A stretch of DNA of 21,163 bases from a virus (lineage: Duplodnaviria; Heunggongvirae; Uroviricota; Caudoviricetes). The stretch is taken from positions 144,199-165,361 of IMG/VR virus record IMGVR_UViG_3300028486_000080, one strand, 5' to 3'. The position numbers and the translations under genes were made by a program. The notes beneath the pieces were generated by a model, which was not told where the DNA came from, did no database searches, and was given only the letters and a program-made list of their open reading frames with translations. Shown here in pieces: positions 16,012 through 21,163 of the stretch. How positions within the stretch are numbered: position 1 is the first letter of the stretch; every line of letters begins with the position of its first letter.

Positions 16012-16563
16012 TTACACCTTCAAGATGCGCCCGAAGCCCATACCACTACCCCCACCTCTAAGGCTGCCGAGAGGCGATAGAATAGTATTGATTCCTTTGG
16101 GGAAGTCCCCTCCTGAAGTTCCCGTCGTGCCTTCAGTATATTCGATCTCTACAACGTCAGCCTTGATGCGCTTGATAGCCCCACCGGCAGAGCCAGAAGT
16201 TCCACCGCTGTCGCTTGGATCAACGTCATTCTCAAACAAATTCCAAGCAATCTCCACGGTAGCATCTTTGATCTGCTTGGGAACGCAGTCGTTACACACA
16301 GGCAGGTCATTACGATCATAGACATACGCGCGTGGCCACTCTAAAGCGCCCGCGGGATATACCTTTGTTCCAGCATAAGATGCGCGCTGATCAAGAAGAC
16401 GAGTAGCCCACATGAGATACTTTTCAACGTCAGCATCGGTGAGAGCCAACCATGCTGTTGCGTTACTCTTGATGGAAATATAATCATCAGCGTAAGCTAC
16501 AGTGCAATAGCTGTTAGCCGTCTCACTGCCGTCTCCTGTCTCGACTTCAAACGTAACAGCCAT
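16012..16563 (-). CDS. Head-tail adaptor (DnaT_2-like phage family)
   Basis: 183 aa. VETGDG...ANSY.TV..AD.Y, ALEWPR, VP.QIK.AT.E.A and IKADVVEIEY are hallmark motifs of this adaptor family. Confidence 0.8.
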   Translation of the reverse strand: MAVTFEVETGDGSETANSYCTVAYADDYISIKSNATAWLALTDADVEKYLMWATRLLDQRASYAGTKVYPAGALEWPRAYVYDRNDLPVCNDCVPKQIKDATVEIAWNLFENDVDPSDSGGTSGSAGGAIKRIKADVVEIEYTEGTTGTSGGDFPKGINTILSPLGSLRGGGSGMGFGRILKV

Positions 16564-16566
16564 CGA

Positions 16567-17367
16567 TTATCTCCCCTGACCAGTATCGCGCACCTTCAGC
16601 CATATGCCTCCGATGATAGCCAAGATCACCACTCCGAACGCGACCAACGCAGCCGGGTTCTTCAAGAGCGGTTCAATCATCTGAGTCGCTGTAGCGATGG
16701 TGCCGCCAAGTCCCAACATGTACATCTTGAATGTCTCGGAGTAGCGGAACACTTCTTTAGCCGCGTCCCCCCACGGCTTGCGGTAAGCCTGAGCCGCTTC
16801 CACCGTACCTTCATTCTGCTCAGGGTCAGGGTATACGGTTGTGGACTGCTTATTGATCACTCTCTGAGGCACCGGAATGTCGTCTGGACGCAGGAACAGT
16901 TGCGCTTCATCGGCTCGACGGAGGGTCAATCCACGCAGTGTTACCATCTGACCAGTGGAGCGATCACGGGCACGATTCCACACAGCAAACTGTGCAGCAG
17001 CGCCTTCATAGTTGCCACGGTTAAGGAGTTTAAGTAAGGTTGACTTAGCTAGATTACCCTCCCCAGCGTTGTAGGTGAAGGAAATAAGAGCATCGAATTG
17101 GTGCTGAGTGAGCGGCACATTCACAAGCGCCTTCACCTTCTCCTCGAAGTATTCCATGTCGCGGCGCAGAAACTCGGTGCCCTGCTCCTTATCGATGATG
17201 CGCCCTTCCCAAACAACTTCGCCGTTTGGACCCATATTGGTGGTTCCCCACCCAATGGTCCAAACGCCTACAGGGTCTTTATACGCCTGTGGATACCAGC
17301 CCTCGTATTTCTTGATCAGAGCTAGACCAGCGTCGGAGATATGAAGATTAGTGTTTTGCGCGTTCAT
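16567..17367 (-). CDS. Endolysin, GH24 (phage lysozyme) with C-terminal hydrophobic/transmembrane tail, 266 aa
   Basis: Catalytic E-X8-D-X5-T triad (EGWYPQAYKDPVGVWT), QHQFDALISFTYNAG and GLTLRRADE. C-terminal NPAALVAFGVVILAIIGGIWL-KVR. Start reassigned to ATG 17367 with GGAGG RBS. Confidence 0.92.
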   Translation of the reverse strand: MNAQNTNLHISDAGLALIKKYEGWYPQAYKDPVGVWTIGWGTTNMGPNGEVVWEGRIIDKEQGTEFLRRDMEYFEEKVKALVNVPLTQHQFDALISFTYNAGEGNLAKSTLLKLLNRGNYEGAAAQFAVWNRARDRSTGQMVTLRGLTLRRADEAQLFLRPDDIPVPQRVINKQSTTVYPDPEQNEGTVEAAQAYRKPWGDAAKEVFRYSETFKMYMLGLGGTIATATQMIEPLLKNPAALVAFGVVILAIIGGIWLKVRDTGQGR

Positions 17368-17680
17368 CGTCGTCTTCCTCCAACAGGTCATCCAGATCGT
17401 GACCTATTTTGTTGAGGATCACGCGCCGGATTTTTGCAATGTGGGTCTCAAGGTTTAGGATGGTCAGCGTCTTCTCGTGAATCTCCGTCTCAAGAGAGCG
17501 AACGCGATCCTTCAATTCAGACAATTCATCCTTGAGGCTTTCATTCATTTTGAAGAGATCAGCGCGGAACTGTGCCATGTCGTCAGAGCGCCCGCGTCTC
17601 CAAGAAACCATGGAGGTGATCAGCGCTGTTATGAATGTCAGCAGTGCACCGATGATCGCTACCGTTACGTTATCGAGCAT
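17348..17680 (-). CDS. Holin-like / lysis-associated membrane protein (N-terminal TM helix plus coiled coil)
   Basis: 110 aa. VTVAIIGALLTFITALITSMVSW is followed by RRGR and a heptad coiled coil. Overlaps the endolysin start by 20 nt. The holin function is inferred from position only. Confidence 0.55.
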   Translation of the reverse strand: MLDNVTVAIIGALLTFITALITSMVSWRRGRSDDMAQFRADLFKMNESLKDELSELKDRVRSLETEIHEKTLTILNLETHIAKIRRVILNKIGHDLDDLLEEDDDERAKH

Positions 17681-17700
17681 CTGATCTACCTTCCCCCGCT

Positions 17701-17725
17701 GGTAACCTTAATGTATATGGTAAAG
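17701..17725. promoter_or_regulatory. Degenerate copy of the triple-TTAA motif upstream of the lysis cassette
   Basis: ggtaaccttaatgtatatggtaaag; 19/25 identical to 20763-20787 without gaps. Confidence 0.5.
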
Positions 17726-17742
17726 AAAAGAGGAAGTGCAAG
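17714..17742 (-). promoter_or_regulatory. Possible promoter CTTGCA-N17-CATATA for lysis/neck genes
   Basis: -35-like at 17737-17742 lies inside the terminator hairpin; -10-like at 17714-17719. Weaker match than the other three promoters. Confidence 0.4.
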
Positions 17743-17759
17743 TCTCCCAACACTTCCTC
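17723..17759 (-). terminator. Intrinsic terminator after the 136-aa gene
   Basis: 9-bp stem GAGGAAGTG/CACTTCCTC (17730-17759), followed on the minus strand by TTTTCTT. Confidence 0.7.
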
Positions 17760-17804
17760 AATAAGGTTTCCATTGCCTTTGTTTACACGGGATACAGTCC
17801 GTGC

Positions 17805-18215
17805 TTATTCTTCTACGGAGCCTCGGTTTCCCCGAGTTTCCTCTTCCGCTTCCAGATCGTCGAAGCCATCATCGAATGCTGAAGCATCGATATCTGGCTC
17901 TACGACCGCCTTCTTCTCCACCTTATCCTTGGCAGAAGCCTTGGACTTAGCCTTAGGTTCTGCCTTTGGCTTTGTGACTGGCTCCGGTTCTTCAACCGCG
18001 ACAGCCTTAGCCGCATTCAGCCGTGCCGCGGTCTCTTCATCGCGGTTCTTAACTGATCGAGGGGCGCGAGCCAGCGCGGTTTGCGCCTTATCTGCTTCCT
18101 CGATATCCGAACCTACATGCACAAATCCGTGGTGCTGTTTTAGGTCGGTAGCATTCTTACGAGCGACTTCAACAACCTCACCTTCCGGTGAGCGCATCTT
18201 CACTAAATTACCCAT
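17805..18215 (-). CDS. Hypothetical head-module protein: small folded N-terminus plus Lys/Ala/Pro-rich then acidic disordered tail, 136 aa
   Basis: Start reassigned to ATG 18215 (MGNLVKMRSPEGEVVEV) with RBS GAAAGGA. The upstream ORF-track start lies inside the terminator tail. Confidence 0.75.
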   Translation of the reverse strand: MGNLVKMRSPEGEVVEVARKNATDLKQHHGFVHVGSDIEEADKAQTALARAPRSVKNRDEETAARLNAAKAVAVEEPEPVTKPKAEPKAKSKASAKDKVEKKAVVEPDIDASAFDDGFDDLEAEEETRGNRGSVEE

Positions 18216-18246
18216 AGGGATAGTCCTTTCTTTCTGTTCCCCGAAC

Positions 18247-18279
18247 AAAAAAGGCGAGAGGAGACAATCTCCTCCCGCC
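18247..18279 (-). terminator. Intrinsic terminator after the minor capsid gene
   Basis: Minus strand GGCGGGAGGAGA-TTG-TCTCCTCTCGCC-TTTTTT: a 12-bp stem with one G.U pair and a 6-U tail. Confidence 0.88.
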
Positions 18280-18309
18280 CCCGTTTCTTCTTCTCAACTA
18301 AGCTTAAGC

Positions 18310-18774
18310 TTAGCCGTGACCGTGATAGGTCATCCACGCACCGTAGGTGATGGAAGGCGTGCCGCCAGAAGTCGTCTTGGTCACGCCGATGCGGATGAAG
18401 TCCGCGTTCGGTGCCAGCTTCGCGATCATCTTAGACGAGACGTAAATCTCGTAGTACTCAGCGCCGAGCGCTGGATTGACCGAGAGGCGAGCGACTTCGA
18501 CGTTACCCGTGCCGCCAGAATCTTCGCAAGCTTCCACAAGCAAGATGTAGGCGTTCGAGTTGGCGTTAGTTACCGCCGTCACGAAGACGTTGATCTTGAT
18601 CAACCCATCGGCAACTTCACCGTTGTCCCAATAGGCGTCAACAAGCTTGTCCAGTGCGACTGCGGTCTCGTAATCCGTATCCGCACCCGTCTCAGCACCG
18701 TCAGCAACGTTACGAAGCGTAACGGCTGCGGCTGCGTCGAACTCGCTGCGAACCTTTCCAGACATATCAGCCAT
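18310..18774 (-). CDS. Minor capsid / decoration protein
   Basis: 154 aa, beta-rich, immediately after the major capsid gene and before a strong terminator. RBS AAGGGAG. Size and position match the phiCbK-type minor capsid protein (recollection). Confidence 0.7.
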   Translation of the reverse strand: MADMSGKVRSEFDAAAAVTLRNVADGAETGADTDYETAVALDKLVDAYWDNGEVADGLIKINVFVTAVTNANSNAYILLVEACEDSGGTGNVEVARLSVNPALGAEYYEIYVSSKMIAKLAPNADFIRIGVTKTTSGGTPSITYGAWMTYHGHG

Positions 18775-18816
18775 TGTAGTCTCCCTTTAACTATCCGTGG
18801 TTGGTGTCACCGTTGG

Positions 18817-18855
18817 AAGGTACCGACTAACCAGTTAAGGTTAGTCGGTAACCTT
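18817..18855. repeat. Perfect 12-bp inverted repeat (stem-loop) between major and minor capsid genes
   Basis: taccgactaacc (18821-18832), agttaa, ggttagtcggta (18839-18850); extendable by aagg/cctt with one bulge. No U-tract follows. Confidence 0.8.
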
Positions 18856-18860
18856 AATCC

Positions 18861-19790
18861 TTAGGTGGTCACGTCACCGTTGGTGATGCCCCACACGCGG
18901 GCAACAGCGCGACCGTGCATAACGGCAAGGCCAACAAGCCAGTCGATGCGAGTGCGAAGGACCGGAGCGGAGTCGATCTCACCGAGATCGGCAACATCCA
19001 TCACGCCGTTCTGGAGACCGGTCAGGTAACCGTCGCCAAAGCGAACAACGTAGATAGAGGTGCTGGTAGAACCACCGCCAGGACCAACCTCATCGAAGTC
19101 GATGATGCGTTCGCCGTTGTCGTTGTAGTCGGCAATCAGGATCGGCAGGTCGTTGTAGAAAGCAACGCGGAAGCCGAACTGATCCTCGTCAACAACTACG
19201 TCGCCGCCAACACCGGCACGAGCAGCCTTCTGAAGCTTACGGCGCATTGCCTTGCTCATGATCAGTGCGTTAGCACCGTCAACAGCGTCGATGGCTGCGT
19301 CGAGGGCTTCGAGCGAAAGCGGAGCGTTAGCTGCCGGGCTCGTGAGAAGAGCCGGGATAAGCTGCGCGCCGACGATACGCTTACGGAGACCGTCGAAGTG
19401 GCGTGGGTTCTCTTCCGAGTCGCCGTTGATGATCTTGTCAGCGATATGAAGCGACAGAGCCTTGATCTTCATAGCCTCGTGCGAAGCGCGAACAGCCTCA
19501 CCACGCGTCTTGATCATCGCCTTGTCAACGTCAAGCTCGCCACCAGCGATCTTCAGCGTCTCAACCGCAGGGTTGATAACGCCCGTCGAAGCGGTGTAGC
19601 CTTCGTTGTAGCCACGGAAAGCAACGCCTGGAAGTGCACCCTCAACGTTATAGCTGAGCGAGCCGCCAGGAACGTCTTCGAACGGGAGCGCACGGAGGAT
19701 ATCCGTGTTCTCCGCGAACATTTCGATCACAGCGTTGCGCTTTACTTCGCCGCTGTTGATCTTAGAAGCTTCGAGCAGAGTAAGACCCAT
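18861..19790 (-). CDS. Major capsid protein (HK97 fold, phiCbK-like), 309 aa
   Basis: MGLTLLEASK...LPGVAFRGYNEGY...IAGGELDVDK...FDGLRKRI...DLGEIDSAPVLRTRIDWLVGLAV. Start reassigned to ATG 19790 with GGAGG RBS. Very biased codon use. Confidence 0.95.
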   Translation of the reverse strand: MGLTLLEASKINSGEVKRNAVIEMFAENTDILRALPFEDVPGGSLSYNVEGALPGVAFRGYNEGYTASTGVINPAVETLKIAGGELDVDKAMIKTRGEAVRASHEAMKIKALSLHIADKIINGDSEENPRHFDGLRKRIVGAQLIPALLTSPAANAPLSLEALDAAIDAVDGANALIMSKAMRRKLQKAARAGVGGDVVVDEDQFGFRVAFYNDLPILIADYNDNGERIIDFDEVGPGGGSTSTSIYVVRFGDGYLTGLQNGVMDVADLGEIDSAPVLRTRIDWLVGLAVMHGRAVARVWGITNGDVTT

Positions 19791-19830
19791 AGTAGTTACC
19801 TCCAATTGGTGTGTCGCTCGATTGCGATTG

Positions 19831-19847
19831 AAGGCTCCCCGAGCCTT
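19831..19847 (-). promoter_or_regulatory. 7-bp hairpin with C(GGG)G loop in the major capsid leader
   Basis: Minus strand AAGGCTC-GGG-GAGCCTT. Confidence 0.45.
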
Positions 19848-19870
19848 AGTTCACTCTAGTAGTTACTGAA

Positions 19871-20704
19871 TTAGCGTTTACGTGCAGCCGCTTCTTTAGC
19901 GCTCTGCTTGTTCGCCAACTCCAGTCGCTTCAGCGGAGAAAGCTTTGCAAGCTCTTCCGCAGATAGTCCGTGGGCGCCGTCATTACCGCGTCCATCCCCA
20001 CCACCAGAACCACCGCCTTGCGATGGCTTGAAGTAGTAAGGAACCTCTTTACGTAGCGTGGTATCAATCCACTCACGCACCGTCATCGGTGTAACGCCGT
20101 CCTCGCCCCAGACCGTGTTTCCGTTCTTCTTCGGTAGGAGAGAATTGTCCTCCTGCACCTGGAAGATTTCGTAAGCACGCTTGGTAACGTCAGCGATAGC
20201 GGCTGGGTGGACACCAAGGTCTTCCAGCGTTGCCGCCTCCGAAACCGCGCGGTCGATGAAGGTCTGTTTGAAGCGAGCCTTGTACTCAGCGCCTTCGGCT
20301 TTCGCCTTAGCCAGAGCTTGTGCCGCTGCCTGAAGTTCCTCGCCATGCTTAGAGCGCATTGCTTCAGTACGTTCCTTCACCAGAGCGTCGATCTGGCTGT
20401 CGTCTTTAATCTCGCGGTCGTCCACGCGTCGCTTGATATCTCGAAGCGAAGCGAGTTCTTCCTGAAAAGTGTCTAAGTCAACGTCCTCACCGAGAACCGT
20501 TTTGAATTTGCTCAACGCGGCGACGGCTTCCTCAAGCTTTTCGCTGGTTTCAATATTGCGCTTGCGGAACTCGTCCACCTTGGACTTTGCCACAACCGCG
20601 ATAGCGAAATGACCTTTGGATTCTCCCTCTGTGATTTCCTTCGCATCGTCGCGAAGTTCCTCAGGGATTTCGTCTTTCGTCGCGAACTTCAAAGTATAGG
20701 GCAT
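19871..20704 (-). CDS. Capsid scaffolding protein
   Basis: 277 aa, highly charged and coiled-coil rich. KSKVDEFRKRNI, GEDGVTPMTVREW and PYYFKPSQGGGSGG near the end. Immediately upstream of the major capsid gene. RBS AGAGGAG. Confidence 0.85.
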   Translation of the reverse strand: MPYTLKFATKDEIPEELRDDAKEITEGESKGHFAIAVVAKSKVDEFRKRNIETSEKLEEAVAALSKFKTVLGEDVDLDTFQEELASLRDIKRRVDDREIKDDSQIDALVKERTEAMRSKHGEELQAAAQALAKAKAEGAEYKARFKQTFIDRAVSEAATLEDLGVHPAAIADVTKRAYEIFQVQEDNSLLPKKNGNTVWGEDGVTPMTVREWIDTTLRKEVPYYFKPSQGGGSGGGDGRGNDGAHGLSAEELAKLSPLKRLELANKQSAKEAAARKR

Positions 20705-20719
20705 AGTGTTTTCTCTCCT

Positions 20720-20736
20720 CTAAACCCCCGGTTTAG
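20720..20736 (-). promoter_or_regulatory. 7-bp hairpin with C(GGG)G loop abutting the scaffold RBS
   Basis: Minus strand CTAAACC-GGG-GGTTTAG directly followed by AGGAGAG; preceded by a second GC-rich hairpin (20737-20755). Confidence 0.45.
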
Positions 20737-20762
20737 CGCGGCGGCACCGCCCCGCATTGAGT

Positions 20763-20787
20763 GTTAACCTTAACAAATATGGTTAAC
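20763..20787. promoter_or_regulatory. Triple-TTAA operator-like motif upstream of scaffold/capsid
   Basis: gttaaccttaacaaatatggttaac, 9 nt downstream of the -10 box. Contains TTAACCAT on the minus strand. Confidence 0.65.
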
Positions 20788-20796
20788 GTAAAGGTC

Positions 20797-20824
20797 ATAT
20801 AGCGTAAACGTGTTGAATGTCAAG
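20797..20824 (-). promoter_or_regulatory. Sigma70-type promoter CTTGAC-N16-CTATAT upstream of scaffold/capsid
   Basis: -35 at 20819-20824 and -10 at 20797-20802. Same boxes and spacing as 14670-14697. Confidence 0.75.
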
Positions 20825-20846
20825 ACTTCCACCATAAAAAATTTCA

Positions 20847-21163
20847 TTATTTCTTGGCGGCAGGTCTAGCAGCCGGTGCCGCAGGCTTGGGTGCAGGCTT
20901 CTCGGCAGCCTTCTTCTTGATCACGCGATCCTTGTCTGCTGTCTTGGACTGAACCTGAACAGCCTCGCGAGATTGCTCAACCTTACGCTCGTTGATGTGC
21001 TTGTCGGCTTCCACCTTGGTATCCAGAAGCGCTTGCTGCATGCCAGTTTCGCGCTTCGAGATAGTATCCTTGAGTCGCTCTTTTGAATCGGCATAACCTT
21101 CGCGCATTGCATCCACGTCGGGCTGATGCGGGAAATTCTCAAGGTTATCAAGCATTTGTGTGA
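20847..21163 (-). CDS. C-terminal part of a larger gene, probably the portal protein (5' truncated by the window edge)
   Basis: The frame stays open past the ORF-track ATG to base 21163. Located upstream of scaffold. NFPHQPDV.A..G recalls phiCbK-type portal C-termini (recollection only). Ends in a coiled coil and a KPAPKPAAPAARPAAKK tail. Confidence 0.55.
   Translation of the reverse strand, partial: TQMLDNLENFPHQPDVDAMREGYADSKERLKDTISKRETGMQQALLDTKVEADKHINERKVEQSREAVQVQSKTADKDRVIKKKAAEKPAPKPAAPAARPAAKK

Noticed and set aside
16012-16563. DnaT-like primosome / ssDNA-binding function
   Set aside because: The family name is misleading; the position between head and head-closure genes indicates a head-tail adaptor.
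17773-18864. 363-aa plus-strand ORF spanning two genes and a terminator
   Set aside because: Ser-rich shadow translation of Glu/Lys-rich sense genes, in register with the minor capsid gene. No promoter or RBS support.
18915-19859. 314-aa plus-strand ORF antisense to the major capsid gene
   Set aside because: It is in codon register with the capsid gene and stays open because TTA/CTA/TCA codons are avoided on the sense strand. No RBS or protein-like motifs.
1-21163. CRISPR arrays, DGR template/variable repeats, invertible tail-fibre cassettes, introns/inteins, tRNA or rRNA genes
   Set aside because: By eye there are no regularly spaced repeats, no near-identical nucleotide duplicates between the tip paralogs, no long inverted repeats and no intein motifs. 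No intergenic gap exceeds about 165 nt, and those gaps are explained by promoters and terminators.

Overview
The window is the virion-morphogenesis and lysis module of a tailed dsDNA phage with a long non-contractile tail (siphovirus). All credible genes are on the minus strand. In transcription order (right to left): probable portal C-terminus (truncated at the window edge), scaffold, major capsid, minor capsid/decoration protein, a charged low-complexity protein, holin-like protein, GH24 endolysin with a C-terminal membrane anchor, head-tail adaptor, head closure, neck protein, tail terminator, a 720-aa decorated tail tube, tail assembly chaperone with a -1 frameshift (G/GT), a 1355-aa tape measure, and two tandem ~1200-aa tail-tip (J-like) paralogs. 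The capsid and tube sequences resemble, from memory and unverified, those of Caulobacter phiCbK-like phages. The CTTGAC-N16/17-CTATAT promoters suggest an alphaproteobacterial, possibly rhizobial, host. Most unusual: (1) two anciently duplicated tail-tip genes directly after the tape measure, each starting with a different Cys-rich domain, with no Dit/hub/NlpC gene in between; (2) a domain copy nested inside its own parent domain in the tail tube; (3) a repeated 25-bp triple-TTAA operator at the late promoters; (4) a lysis cassette wedged between head and neck genes.
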